NCBI GenBank assembly: GCA_013239625.1
Contig: MU053487.1
Coordinates: 1,633,058-1,697,057 of the forward strand
Direction of reading: 5' to 3'
Length of the DNA: 64,000 nucleotides
DNA from: Lama guanicoe
Lineage: Eukaryota
Below are positions 37,048-50,849 of the stretch, piece after piece. A program made the position numbers and the translations under genes. The stretch's first letter is position 1. Every line of letters begins with the position of its first letter. Below the pieces are notes generated by a model that was not told the DNA's origin, did not search any database, and worked only from the letters and a program-made list of their open reading frames with translations.

Positions 37048-37884
37048 AATTTCCCAATACATTTGTTTTCACTGTCCTTAGCAATTCTTGCCTGCCTATG
37101 GGAGATGCTTAATCAGTTTGTTGAATTCAAAATTGACCTTTATATTGCTGATGACCTCTTATATTCAGGATTTAAAAATGAAGGAAAGTTTTAATTTTTT
37201 TTCCCCCAGAAGTTTCAGGCTAAGTGGATCTGACATTCATCTTTCTGAAAAGGAGAACAAAGAGATGCCCTTCTGTGTAGAATCATAACTTCACTAGGGA
37301 TGATTTTGGTTTCTCCAGGGAAGTTTCTCCTTCAGATCTCAGGCAGCGACTCAGGCTTCTACGGCAATAACGAGGTCCCTAAAAGCTCAGTCACTTCAGC
37401 TGAATACATAGGTCAGTTTTCCATTTGCGTGGAATGAAATTACAGTCAGCACTCAGTGAAGGTGGTCTCTGGAGAGGAGACGAGGCAAAGGCAAGTTCAC
37501 AAACCATTTCCAAATGGCTGGCACACAGAGCTAGACACCTCCCGTTTACTGGAGACATGCCCATGGAGAGATTAACATTGGTGAGGATGTGGGGGGAAAA
37601 GTCTCCTTCCAAGAACTAGGCAAGTAGGCAGTGATGGATTAGAAGGCAGGGGTGAGGGACAGAGGGGAAGACTGACAAGCTGGGGGCTTCCTGACCCGTC
37701 TTCCTGCTGTGAGCAGAGCACCTCTCACGACGCTGCAGGAGAGTCGCTCTACTCATTCTGCTATTTAGCAAACCATTTAGTCCACTGGGGACCATTGGAA
37801 CTGCATTACTGTCTGACCCCATCTCTCGAAATAATCTAGTCCAAAAGGAAGGGACTCAGTGGATGAAGAGTAGAGTGAGTTGAC

Positions 37885-38036
37885 TTTCTTTTTTTCTTTT
37901 TTGTTTAATTTCGTTTTTTTAACTGAAGCATAGTCGGTTTACAATGTTGTGTTAATTTCTGGTGGACAGCATAGCGATTCAGTTATACATACATGTTTTT
38001 TCCTTTTCATATATTCTTTTTCATTGTAGGTTATTT
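37885..38036 (-). mobile_element. Short L1 3' end, same family as 10889-11758
   Basis: T-rich tail then aactgaagcatagtcggtttacaatgttgtgttaatttctggtggacagcatag, similar to 10900-11010. Confidence 0.85.
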
Positions 38037-38369
38037 CCTAAATTTAGCTTGTACGTTTTAAGATATGCTGCCTGTGGTTCTGATTGAATGAACTTCTCCT
38101 CACCCATCTGACCTCCCGAAGCAAAACAAAACCTGATGCCTTAGAGAGCAGAGGAGGACATTGTCTTTCTTCTCTGAGGCTGTGGCAGGCTTTAGGAATA
38201 TGTAGAAATCAAGAGATTCTGACACAGCTGGTATTTTTTTCATCAGGAAGCCAGAAAAGTATATTCTAGACCAGACTGTATCCAAGTAGAACTTCCATAT
38301 GTGCTGAATCGAGGAGACTGAGTTCTTGTGTGGGAGTCAGCAACCTTGCCTTTGTATCCAGTGCCACAG

Positions 38370-38455
38370 TCATTCATTTATTTGTTCATTCTTGCTTTTC
38401 AGATATTTTATTGAGGGGTTCCTGTATGTCAGGTCTCATGCTAAATATTTGGAAA
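38370..38455 (-). mobile_element. L2 3' end fragment
   Basis: cattcatttatttgttcattc...atattttattgaggggttcctgtatgtcagg. Confidence 0.55.
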
Positions 38456-39629
38456 ACTTGCCGTGTAGGATTTTGTAGGCGTTTGTGAGAGATAAATGCA
38501 TTTTAATATTTTGAACAGTGAATTGAATGAGAGTATAAGGAAACTCCAAAACGACAGATGGACAATACCTTGGATGATAAAACAATCCGAGTTAATTTTG
38601 ACAAAGTAGAGAAAACCTTTTTTTTTTTAACCAGTAAATTTAATTAAGAAAACTGACAAGGAGTATACCTCGAGAGTGGAGACCATATCGTTTCCAGAAA
38701 ACAAGCAAGGAAGAAACAGCACCACTACTGGGGATACGTTCTGCTGATGGTGGTAGACCACAAACTAAAACCATCAGCTGGGACATCCTCTAACAAGAGA
38801 AAGTAGATCAATTGATTAAGACAAATGTGTAAGGAATTGGAATGAGCTATTTATATTCTTTGCTGAATTTATAAAATCATGCATTTACAATATTTCTAGA
38901 GGTACAGGGAGCAAGCAACAGATGCAAATTTAATTGTAATTATGAACTGCAAACAGAGTTCAAGTTCATATCAGATCGAACCAATGTATCTGTTTAGAAT
39001 TAAAAAGTAAGTTTTTCTAAAAGCAACTTATTCTTTGAATTTGTTGCTAGATACCACATTTGTGTGTTTGAAAAAAGAAAGTGAAATAGTTTTAGAATTT
39101 TTTAAACATTCTTAAAAGATTAAAAATAATGGCCATGATTAGAAGGAGATGGGGTTACATACAGTTCTGTAGGGAAACTTCAGAGCGGAAGGTTTGGTTT
39201 GTGAGTTGCCTGAAGGATGATTTTTCTTTTTAAAGGATACACTTCTTTCCACTGGCAGAGATAGAGTTAAAGATTTAGGTATTTGGAAGCAGAGGTATCT
39301 GGATACATTGTCCCAGACCTGGTTCATATAAAAATAGCTTGCCCTCAACACTGAGAAAAGTACTTACTTTTAGTAGTTACCTACAAAGCAGCAAGGCTAC
39401 ACAAGATGATTTCAAAAATCTCTTCCAGTTTTCAATTTCCAGTTATTCAATGATTTTCTCTGGTATAATATTCATCAATCAGGTTTCTATTGCATTGTCA
39501 ATAAATTTTGGTTGTAATTCTTTTTTCTTAGCCTTAAAATAAGCACTAATGCTATAGAATGGGAGTGAAATGATTAGAGGCTGCCATTCTTCTGTCATAC
39601 AACCAACTTATCAAGAACAGAATAGTTAA

Positions 39630-39790
39630 GAGAAGAGGATATGGGGTCCCAGACCTGGGTGCAGATTCCACTCGGCAGCTTGCTAGCAAATGTCTCAAGC
39701 TTTCTAAACTTCGGCTGCCTCATAGCTAAAATGGGCTTGTTGTTAAGAATTAAAGGTGAAGTGCTTAGCCCTGTGCTTAGTATTAATTGA
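39630..39790 (+). mobile_element. MIR
   Basis: cagacctgggtgcagattcc...cctcatagctaaaatggg...gtgcttagc. Confidence 0.5.
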
Positions 39791-41728
39791 TTGATTTCTT
39801 GGTGCTCGTTTTTTCCATTTGTTTTAAAAGAAAGAGACGTGACATTGTATCTACACTTTTTAGGGAAGCTGTCATTACCTTTGCTTGATTCCATAGGCCT
39901 CACACTAAGAAAAAGCATCCCCTGAAGGTCCCTTCCAATCCTGAGAATGTTTTCATGACGTGGCAGGTATCTTGGGTGTTTTGCTCTTGCACAGTTGGGA
40001 GCCCATTTTCAACACAGCGATACCACACGTGATACACGCTTCCCAGCCAGTGACTCAGAAGGAAAGGCCATCTGTTAATACCTAAAATAAAGGCATTTTC
40101 TTGAAGATTCTGTTTTGCCCTGACAGCAAGGTTTGACTTTTAGAAGCTTAGATGGACGGTAGGGGTCTTGAGAGATTCAAGGTCTGCCGTCCTTGGACCT
40201 GGATGATTTAGAATTCCACGTGTACACAAAATTTCACACAGTGCTTCATTAATGATGACTTGTGTTGGGTAAGAGTGTGGCTCTGATGCGTCTTTACAAA
40301 GAAAGTTAACTAGGCTTCTTTTTCCCCCTTGATTTGTCTAGAAATGGTGTAGAGGGTTTAGTCTTGGCACGCTTCCAGGGACAATTTGGGATTTTATCCA
40401 AGAACTAGGAATTAATAAATAACATTGCGGTAGCCTTTTGATTTTTACATTTTGCAGCTAAAACCAATAGCTCTATCCAACAGAAAGCCATTTGTATAAC
40501 CAGAAATTCGCCCCACGAATCTAGCAAGAGAAAAGAGCTCTAAAATCAATTTTTTTTTCCCCTGAAATCACTAGAAACCATTACCTCATTGTTTTGACCT
40601 GGCTGTGAAAATAGATTGGTTTTGATGTTTTAGGAGAGAATGAGGGGATATCGCTTGCTTCACTGTTTACAGATTAGATCCTCAGGCTCAGGCAGAAATC
40701 AAATGGTTTGCATTGTTAGTGAAGGAATTCACAGGGGTGAGACAGACCCAGACCTGCGAACTTGAAAGGCCTGATAGACTCTAACCACATATTAGTGAAC
40801 TGACCTAATGCATTGAATTGAGAGAAAGTCAAGTTTTTGGATATTCCTGCTGAAGTACTTCCCAAAAAACAATGAGGAAATTTTAAATGAAAGGAATGTG
40901 ATTTTTTTTTTCCTGAGCTTTTTAGGGAGGCTACTGAGTGGCCATTTGTGCAGGAAATCTGTACTTATTTCTGTACTGATTGGGTCATTAGTGTCATTTG
41001 TTCTGCCTGTGGGAGTTACTTCACTTGGCCCGTTCCTTCTGCCCTCTCCCTTAACCTGTTTCTCCAGGCAGAAGTTTTCCTTAGTACAGAGATCCAAGAT
41101 TTCTGTAGCCCTGCCAGTATTATTTGCTGAAGCCACAGAGACCGTGATAAGGAAAAGTCAGTTTTCTTCTCCTGATTCTGATTTTATCTTTGGATCATTG
41201 TTGATCAAAAGCTGTTTGTGGCACTGTAATTTTGGAGAAATAATTTGTTTCATTGTTTCTCAGTGTTAATGTTAACAGACATTTATGAGCTGCCTCTCTG
41301 GCAAAAGGTCTCAGGTGCCTGTGTAATGACCATGCTCGTCTCCTCTTGGTTGTAGTCACAGCTGTGGCAAAATTTCTGTTGTCGCCTACTTGGGGATTGT
41401 TGTCGCAGGGAGAAGAAGAATTGTCTATTTCATTCTTCTGTAAACTTTTTTCTTTGTAATATGACTCACACTATAGTATGTAATAGCCGTGTGAAACGCA
41501 GATGGTTAGATCTAATCCAGGCATCAGGAATTGAGACTCAGGATACAGTGGGAGGGTGGAAGGATATGTGTGGAGCCATGAGAAAGAAGACACGGACATT
41601 AACTTCCGAAAGCAATGAAGAGTGGGTGGGAATTTGCACGCATCTCACATCTATACTTGTGGCTGCCATCTGGGCCAAGGATGGATTCTCAGCTTCTGAT
41701 TTCACCTGTTACTGGGACAGCTTCTCCT

Positions 41729-41990
41729 GGTGTAATGGAAAGGCAACAGGCTTGAACTCCAGGTGACCAAAGTTTTAATTCCACCCCTGTCTCTCACTGA
41801 GTTGGTCAAATTGGTTAACTATCATGAGCTTCAGTTTCCTTGTTACAATATGTGGGCAACAAAACTTTCTTCATCATATGTAAAATACATTGGTTAAGTA
41901 TCATGAGCTTCAGTTTCCTTGTTACAATATGTGGGCAACAAAACTTTCTTCATCATATGTAAAATACTTGCTATATAATAGAAGTGTCGT
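41729..41990 (+). mobile_element. MIR carrying a 79-bp tandem duplication
   Basis: ggtgtaatggaaaggc...gagcttcagtttcct MIR core, present twice. Confidence 0.6.
41810..41967 (+). repeat. Tandem duplication, 2 x 79 bp
   Basis: 41810-41888 and 41889-41967 are identical except C41819/G41898. Confidence 0.97.
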
Positions 41991-43815
41991 ATCCATTCTG
42001 CTTCCTCCTACAGGGCCTGACTATCCATTAAAACATTGAAACCTGTAAGAACACATGCACTGAAATGATGTAGCAATACTTGTTAGGAAATTCCACAGTT
42101 TGAGTCACAAGTATTTTATCTGTCCACAGATGACTGAGAAAAAAGACAATTATTTTGGAGGGTGGTGGGATTTTTTTTTTTTGCATTGCCTTTTATAAGC
42201 TGCTGACAATATGTATCACATAGTTAAGGAAAAGAGTAATGGAAAAAAACAAAACTACACTACCTCTAACCTGTATCTTTACTCACCATCCAACTTAGTC
42301 TGAAACAATGTCATTGATTTAAGGGACCCAGTGGTTCATACTTAAGTACAAATAGATACCCAGAGATAAGTGATTAAGGAAAAACATTTTTGTAGTAAAT
42401 AGATAATGGTTTTGAGGATACTTATTTTGTGATGAGTGGAGTTTAAAGAAGAATTGTCTTTCCATTTTATTTTTCTCATGGATTCATGAGATTTGGGCTT
42501 CTAAGTGCATGTTTGATGGTACTTTTGTGATTCTTTGTAGTTAAGGTATATATTGCCTTGCTAGTCAAGTGTGTGTCCTAAGTTACCCATCAATTAGGCT
42601 GGAGAAAGGTTTATTTATACTCTGCCTTCTGTCCCACGGAGAAGAATGAACACCAAGTAAATAAACCTATTTTAGGTCCACTGGCCAACACGTATTTATG
42701 ATTTCCTCATATTAAAGATGAAGTTATCAATTTTTACTAATGTTTCCCCTGAGATTGTCTTCTGGAAAACTTCAGTTAGAATTAGCCAGAGTACTCTTTC
42801 TTGATAGATTGTTTGTCCTCAAATTGTTTTCTAGCAAGCAAACCCAGACACCTGGAACACCCCCACTCGTCGTTTGCCTGGGCTTTCCGTGTGTTCACAT
42901 AGATGGCGACGGTTGCTTTTGGCAGATGTACAAGATCAAAGTGTCCTTTTTGTCCTGCTGCCCTCAGGGAGTCAGTTTCTCAGATGCAGGAAGTGGTGAG
43001 GTTAACAGTAGTTTCAGCCCTCTCCCGAAATAAAAGTTAAGTGTAGCCGGCATAATAAACCTATTTATTAGTTATTTCTCAAATGTAGTGGCTTTGTTAA
43101 AACATCTAGGCAGAGAAATTTAAGAATTACGCTTACTTTTTTGTTAATTAAATGCTTTAATTTAATTTTATTAATTAAATGCTATAATCAATATATATTT
43201 ACATATAAATGTTAATTATATATTTAATGAATTATGTACTATATGTATTGTATATATCACATACATTTACATGTATATAAATTTGGGATCTTGTTACAGT
43301 ATGAAAAAAGTAATCTATTTTTGTGAGACGTGTGATGGGGTGACTGACCTAAGCTGGCTGCTTTTCTACTTCATTTTCCTTCTGAATTGATGTATCTCAC
43401 TGCTGATGAGCAATAGACCACGAAGAACAGGGTTACAGAACTGAGTCAATGAAGAGAGGAAACTTGCATTTGCCCCTGCTCTCTCCCCATCAGTACTGAT
43501 AAAACGGCAAGATGGAAATAGGAGAGAGGGTGGTGAATTCATTGTTTTAACTGAGGAGTCAGAGATTTCTGTACATTTTAGGTTTTGAATCCATAGTTCT
43601 GCCTCGGTGACCAAAATGCACTGTATTATCTGTCTTAGAAATGCCAGTTGGTGATCTAGTGCTCATATTTTTAACACAAAGGAGCCATTTTACTTTTTAA
43701 GTGACTCCTGTTACACAGGGAAGTGCGTGTGTAAGTAAGTAAGGAGGTCATCTCCACGGGAAGTCTCAGTCTGTGGTCTTCTTTCTGTCCTGCCCAGGAG
43801 AGTTCATTCCAGAAG

Positions 43816-44005
43816 CAGTGGTCCTGGAACCTACACAAGCGTCAGAAATCACCTGGAGAGTTTGTTCAAATCCAGATTGCTGGACCCCACTACCTGCATT
43901 TCCAATTTAGCAGATCTGTGGTGAGGCCCACGTGTTTGCACATCTAACAAGTTTCCAGGTGATGCTGATGCTGAGGGTCTGGGTACCACAATTTGAGAAC
44001 CACTA
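43816..44005. mobile_element. MER5A (hAT-Charlie)
   Basis: cagtggtcc...cagaaatcacctggagagtttgtt...cagattgctggacccc...tctaacaagtttccaggtgatgctgatgctg...tttgagaaccact. Confidence 0.9.
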
Positions 44006-44384
44006 ATCTAAAATAGAAAACTTTTCACTAGAATCTGGAATTTGCCTGATGTTTCATAATCTGAAATGTTAAAGGAATCCTTTAAAGTTTAAAACAAACC
44101 AACCTCAAAATAAATTTTAATTTACTCTGATTTCAAAGTTATTTTTTAAACGTAACATCTTAAAGGAAGAGATGAGGATTGCAAATTCCACAAGACAGAA
44201 ACAGCTTCTGTGTTGGATGATTATAAGAGGATGCAAGTTTTCCCATGAGTCATGTTCTAAGAGTCTCATATGTAGGATGTAAAATCATTGGAGATGGAAT
44301 AATCCCAGATTCACAGGATTGAGTAGTCTAAGAATCAAGAAAAACTTTAAAATAAAAATTGGTGAGCACTAGATGTTAAAACTA

Positions 44385-44871
44385 CAAAAACAGAAACATG
44401 TAGATAAAGGTTTATAACAGCTTTATTTATAACTGCCCCAAACTGGAAACAACCCAAATGCAGTCCAAAAGGTAACTGGGTAAAACAAGATATATCCACA
44501 TGATGGAATATTACTCAGCAGTAAAAAGGCACAAGCTGCTAATACTCAACAAGAATTTGGACAGACCTCAGGGGCGTTACGCTGAGTGGAAGAGTCTAAT
44601 CTCAAAACATCACAGACTTCATACCCCCATTCATGTAACGTCTCACAGCAATAAAACTATAGTGACAGAGTAGGACAGGCTAGTGATTGCCAGGAGCTAT
44701 GTCAGCGTGGGGGTGTGATTGTAAAGAGATGGCATGAGGAAGTGTTTTGGGTGATGAAACTGTTCTGTATCCTGATGGTGGTGGTGGTTACAGATTCACA
44801 GAACTGTACAGCCTCCTGCCCCTCAACAAGTCAAATTTTTTATGTGTGAGCTTTAAAGTTAAAAAAAAAAA
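44385..44871 (+). mobile_element. Old L1 (L1MD/ME-type) 3' end
   Basis: aactggaaacaacccaaatg...atggaatattactcagcagtaaaaagg...gggtgatgaaactgttctgtatcctgatggtggtggtggttaca, then poly(A). Confidence 0.85.
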
Positions 44872-45529
44872 CTAAAATCAGAACAGTACTATCTTTTATT
44901 TATACTGACTAACTGGATTTGCATGATTATATGAGGTAAAAGCATCAGTGTATTTAAATAAGTAAAATGCTTTATCCCACGCAAAAGGAAAAAAAAATAT
45001 GATCTTTAGGAAAAGAGATCTTCATAAATGGTGAAGGTCATTTGCTGCAGGCAGCAGTCCAGGAAAGATTTGGAAATTGGAAAATCCTGCCTGACATAGT
45101 CCTGGTCTGTGTCCCCTCTGAGGACCCCTCTCCTGTTTCATCATTTGTGCTTTTTCTTAGAATCCTTCTCTGTAAGCTTTGTTGCCTTCAAACTGAATGT
45201 CAAGGGCAGATTCATTCTTCTCATTTGTACTAGCTGAAAAAAGACTGACAATCCCGGAACTGCCGTCCAGATACCTCCCCTATGTGTGCATGAGCCCCCA
45301 GAAGTTGCCATCCATCCACAGTGATGGCTCCTCTGAGCCTTGGAGGGATACCAGTCCCATTTTGAACTAGCTCTCATTTTTAGAGACACTAATGTCTCTA
45401 AAAGTGCCTGGAAGGTCTGGGTTTGTGGAAGTGTTGGTGATTTAATACCAGCCAGGCTGTAATCAGGTCATATCAATAAGTATCTGTTGAGTGGATGTAA
45501 GTGTTTGTCTCCATGGAGGATATTTAATA

Positions 45530-45740
45530 TATAGTGCTAAGTAGATGTGAAATACTCTTCTGAGTGCTTAACTGCATTAACTGGTTTAATCCTCACAATC
45601 ATCTGTGAAGAAGGATCTCTTTTATCATTTCCATTTTCAGATAAGAAAACTGAGGCACCAAGACACTTAAGGAACTTGCTCCATCAGTGGTGGTGTCAGG
45701 CTTGGAGCCCTGGACGTCTGGCCTCAGAGTCCAAGCAGTC
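45530..45740 (-). mobile_element. MIR
   Basis: tttaatcctcacaatcatctgtgaag...ccattttcagataagaaaactgaggcac. Confidence 0.8.
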
Positions 45741-46999
45741 TCACACCTGTCCTGCTCTGATTTTTGTGGTGGTGTGTTTTTGCCTGTATTTTCTCCTTCT
45801 GGGACAGGCTGATGTTTGTGCTAATGGTGCATTTCAGTTTACGTGTGACTCACTAACCCTGAAGTCATTCATTTATTCTTGTACAGAACTGACCTACCTT
45901 GTTGGACCTACTAGTCAGGACATGCAGATTCTAAGTGCTGGAACCCAGTCACCGAGGATGCTTCTGGTTATGTGAACCTCCCAGTGTGGGCACCTGTGTG
46001 GATGCCATGGGCAGGGGGAGAGGGCGGCTGAAATGCCTGGTGACACCAGAAGCGGTGTGCTGCTCGTGTGGACACCGACTCGTGGCCAGGCTCCACGGTA
46101 CTGTGTTCTGTCTTCTGGTCAGGCCTGAGTGCTGCCTGGTTAAATCAGAAGTTTGTCTAAGAAACCTGCCCCTGGCCTGGGGAATCTCCTTTTCCAACCA
46201 CCTTGGGTGAGCAGAGAAGAACTTGACTTTGGGATGCAGAGAAGCTTCCTTCTCCTCACTCATTCTCTGATTCAGTCTGTGGAGCAGACAGAGAAGAACA
46301 AGAATCCAATCCTGACCTTAGAAACACAGAAGCTTTCCTGATGTTCAGTGCTAACCAGCTCCTTCTCATGGTGGACTCTGGCCCTTTTCCCACAGGAATC
46401 TTCTTTATCAGACGTGATCATCCAGTCCCAAAAGACAGCTGGGGATTGAGGTTGCACCGCCATAGGGCCGGTCCATTCCTCAAGGGAAATCTGCAAGCCT
46501 GAACTTGAGCATGGTGGTCAGGATGAGAGAACTCTTGACTCTTAGAAACAGCCCTCCCCGAGGGTTGGGGTAACACTGTTGCGAACCAGAGGTCATGCAT
46601 CTGTTCTACAGTCACAGGGTCCTCTGTAACTCACTGACATCTCACTTTCAAGATTTTATAGGGTCAAGTATTGGGTATGCATTTTTGTATTGTAGTGGGA
46701 CATCCAAGGTGACTTTACTGGTGAAAAGTAACTGCATGTTTCTGGCTAGGGAGAGCAGAAATGGCCCTTTCTTACGAAAAAGATGTAGATAGTGTGTGGT
46801 TTGCCATCTTCTTGAATAAGGACCCATGACTGTATATGTGGCATTGCAGTCGTACCTCGGTGAACACGTACTGAATGCATAGATGGAGGAATCTCATGAG
46901 AACCAGTGGACAGAGCAGGGGTTTCTGAGACCAACATCTGAAGAGTATCAATGCCATCTGACCTTGGGCAGGGGACCTGTCCTTTCTGAACTTCGGGTT

Positions 47000-47056
47000 T
47001 CTCTCCTTCCTTCCTTCCTCCCTCCTTTCCTCCCTTGCTTTTTCCCTTCCTGCCTT
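47000..47056 (+). repeat. (CCTT)n-like pyrimidine-rich simple repeat
   Basis: Read directly. Confidence 0.8.
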
Positions 47057-47523
47057 TCAAAACATGTATGAATGAGATTAGTGGTAGTTAAGCTTAAAAA
47101 CACTAAGTGTAAAGTGTTTCTTGTAGCATCTGGCAACTAATGTGATACGTGACACATGGCAGCGATTATGTTTTTAGAGTATGAGTTCATGCATCTGTGT
47201 TTTGGTTGAATTAAATATGAACAACAACAGGAATTTGTGACTATTACTATCTGGGTAACAATTTTGTGATTTACTTTAAAAAAGTGATAAGGAGTTTCGG
47301 TCTCTGGTCACAAAGGGAGCCCCCAGGGTTCTCCTGGTGACACATCAGTGAGTCTTGTGAGGAAGTAGAGTCATTCCTCCTCTGAGTTTCATTCCAGTAC
47401 AGCCATAAAAGCAGGTATGTCTGTGAAATGAGGCACTTGATGTCTTTAGTGGCTGCCTTTTAGACAGGTTCTTTTGGAACTGACCCTTCTGTGGCCCCCG
47501 GAGTCTGGTGTGTGTGGCTGGAC

Positions 47524-47557
47524 ATTTCGAGGGCACAGCAATTTCGAGGGCACAGCA
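47524..47557 (+). repeat. Perfect tandem duplication, 2 x 17 bp
   Basis: atttcgagggcacagca twice. Confidence 0.97.
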
Positions 47558-47849
47558 AATGTCGTGCACATTCTGTGTGGAGAGAGATGGAGGCCAGGCC
47601 AGTCTTCTGCAGCTGGGAAGAGCAATTAGCAGCTTCGTGAATCAGGGTCTTGTTGACACAGTTGTCCAAGATAATCATTTGTTTGTTTTAACTAAGATGC
47701 TCTGTCTTCCTCAGAGGCATCAAGCCTGATACTTAAATGATAAGGTCTTTGGATCTTACAAATAATGTTTGGGTTTCACAGGAGGAATCCTGCCATGGCC
47801 TGTATTTTCTCTCACTGACTTTGGTACTCAAGACGTGAGTTACATATAT

Positions 47850-48212
47850 ATTTCCAATTATTCTTCAGTTACAGAAACAGTATGGGATCTGTTCCAGTAA
47901 CTTTGTTGATATAGACCTATTTTTAAAAATGTCTTTTATATGAACTCGCAGCCCACATACATGACCATGTGCATGGACACACAGCCCACAAACACCTGCA
48001 CACAGACGTGAAATACAGTTTTGCCAAATGAGTCACAGCCTTCCCAAGGGTACTGTGCTTTAATTCTTACCTGCTCTGTTCTAGTGCATTTCACCATACT
48101 CCATCCCATGCCATCTGTATTCTCTTTACTTCCTTTAAAAACTTCAGGTTAAAACCAGTGATTTGACTTTCTGATTTACTAACAAGTCACAACTTACAGT
48201 TTGAAAAACATG
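47850..48212. mobile_element. hAT-Charlie (Charlie4-like) fragment
   Basis: The end gatttactaacaagtcacaacttacagtttgaaaaaca resembles a Charlie4-type terminus; degenerate. Confidence 0.4.
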
Positions 48213-50064
48213 AATCTACATATAAATTTACTTATGATTCTATCTTCTCTCCCAGCATTTGCAGAACAGAGTGCATCTGGCATCTCCTGTCTTTGTGATC
48301 TTCAGCTCTGGGTGATCTTAATACAGTGATTCAAATATGTCACTCTTCTGAGTTAATGCTGATTAGTCCCCGTTTAAGACAATAATGACCTCTAGTCCCT
48401 CAGTAAGTGCTCATCAGTGAGTCAGATAAAGTATTTTGGAAATCATCGGTATGAGTCATTTTAAAACTATATCCAGTTTTCCCAGGAGGGGAACTTCCTG
48501 AAGAAGGTGTCAGTGTATTCCTAGGGAATGTTTGCTGGTCTGAGCTGTGTGGTTTTCACGTAGCCACCACACACAAGGTTGGGTTTTGTTTTGTTTAAGA
48601 CATGTTTCAAAAATACTGTACTATGAATATAATATAAACAGTTAATGTTTTAAATAGTTAAAAGATTAATACAGCTTCCCTGGGTAAAATGATTAAAAAG
48701 CATTCACAGAAGACACGTATCTTTTTAGAAACCGTTATTAATTAATTTCCTGTGATGTTCCATATGCTGTGGGGGTTCCTGGAGCCCCAGAGATAAGCAA
48801 GGCATAGTCCCTGTTCTGGGGGCACTAACAGCCTGACTCTCAGGTGACTTCAGGACACTATGACAGTGCTGAAAGGGAGATGTGTGCCCTGAAGTTCAAC
48901 GTTAGCACAGAGGAGGAACAGACCGTGGAGGGTGGGACAGAGCCAGGGATCTGGTGGGGAGAAGGTGGCTTCCGAGTCTCATCTTGCTGGTAATAGACAG
49001 GCTTAAAACAGTCATCCTTCGCTTGCAAAATTAGTGTCTCCCAAGGAGAAGATCTTTGGAGAACGGAGGTGGCTGGGGTGTGGCCCCGGTTGGTGGAGGG
49101 GCTTCCTGATGACGGTGAGGCCTGGATGTGTGAGATGCATGTTCGCTCTTGTAATAAAATCCTCAGCCGTTCTGTGACAAGTGTCACAGGTGTGCATTGC
49201 ACCATCTGCTGGCACAGGGAGAGCATGAGACACAGCGCCCAGGGCCAGGTGGAAGTTCTAGCCCTGACAAGCTTTCCTGGCGTCCTTCTCGGGGTTCTCA
49301 GGTCATGGACCTTGACTTCTTTTTCTTTTTGTCTGAGTTCAATGCATGGGGTGGTTTAATAAATCATATAAGGCATCCCTTCTAAGTTACTGAAAATTCC
49401 TTTAAATGTATGCATTTAAATGCTTCTTTTCAGTTTCTCAAGCAGAACACGGGGGGCTCGTCTGTTCACACGCTGAGCGATGAGCAAGGTGATCTGTAGC
49501 GCTGTAAAGGAGGGGCCGGCCAGCAGGGGACCACTCACGCGCCCCCACCTTTGTTTGTTCTTGACTTCAGCTTCTTATTCTGGTCTAATCCTTCCAGGTG
49601 TGAGCAGTGGGACTCTGCCTCCTGCGTACATACCCAAAGTGCACCTGCCCACTTTTAACCCTGCTCCTCTGCCCTTCAAACTACCCTGGCCTCTGGCTAC
49701 TGCCCGTGTACTTCTGTCTGATCTGTGCTGCCCTGTCCCTGGAGAAGGGCCTGGCTCTCAGGGAGGCAGTGAGGAGGTTGCTCCCAACTCTTCAGTGTGT
49801 ATAACAACTTAAGATAATGACAGACTTTATTCTTAAAGATCACTGTGTGGCAAATAATTGCCAGACTCAAAAGGAGAACGATTCATTCTTAAGGGAGGAC
49901 TGGGAATGAATATTCCCTTTCTTACTGGGAGGGTACCACTCCCTTCATCTCATTGGATGAGAGGCCGTTTTTTTCAAATCATGGATTTGTCTATTCTGTT
50001 ATCCTTGAAATGGAGTGAACTACCTAGTGAGCCTTCATCTGGAATTCACTGCTTAGCATACTTA

Positions 50065-50170
50065 GCAGATTGTAAATTTCTTGAAGGCAGGTGCTGGACC
50101 ATATCAGTCTTGGTACCGCTCACAATTTCTAGTAGACTGGCTCTCACCTAGTAGAAGCTGAGTAAATAAC
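50065..50170 (+). mobile_element. L2 3' end fragment
   Basis: agattgtaaatttcttgaaggcagg...tagtagaagctgagtaaata. Confidence 0.55.
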
Positions 50171-50849
50171 TTCATCGATCTCACTCGCATTGACAGATTA
50201 CACACATGGTCACACAGACATGGATTGTCTGGGCAGTTAAATTGGGACTCTCCAAGACACTAAATCTTTTACTTAGACCTATTTAAATACACATCTTCTC
50301 AGCCTTGTAAAGCATCAAATACAGAATACGACTTAATTTTCTCTTATTGATTCATTGCCATAGTATGAAAATCAGTTATTGACAGTTATTGAGCTGTGTT
50401 CGTGATGATTCTTGCTGTTAAAGCCTCACAGACAGACAGCCGCGTGCGCGCACACACACACACTCACAGCCTATCCACACACAGGAGTGGTGAAGGATGC
50501 CACACAAAGAGGGAAAGAGAGAAAGTGACGCTGTGGGTCCTCGCTGATAAAGTTGATAGAATGTGGCTCAGCCTCGAGGACCATGAAAAAGCGTTGGCTG
50601 CTGTTGGGATTGTTTGGGCTGCTCCTTGATTAGACTCTTCGAAGGGCTCATATCCCTGCTCTGCATGGAGTCACACAGGGAGAATCAGAACGTTATCCAT
50701 TTCCTATGGCTAGCTATAAAATTTTCAAAATCAACAATATTCAATTCTAAGTGACCTTATGAGGTCTTGCCTATTCCCTGAAAGAGTAGTTTAGGCAGAC
50801 AACAACAGTAATGAATGTTTCCTGGGGTCAAAGTGAGGCGTGGTCAGTG

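Noticed and set aside
41810..41967. CRISPR-like or prokaryotic repeat system
   Set aside because: Two directly adjacent copies with no spacers in a clearly mammalian context. No prokaryotic gene organisation appears anywhere in the window.
49172..49189. ctgtgaca-ag-tgtcacag palindrome as a TALE-homeodomain dimer site
   Set aside because: 8-bp arms are near chance expectation in 64 kb and there is no supporting context.
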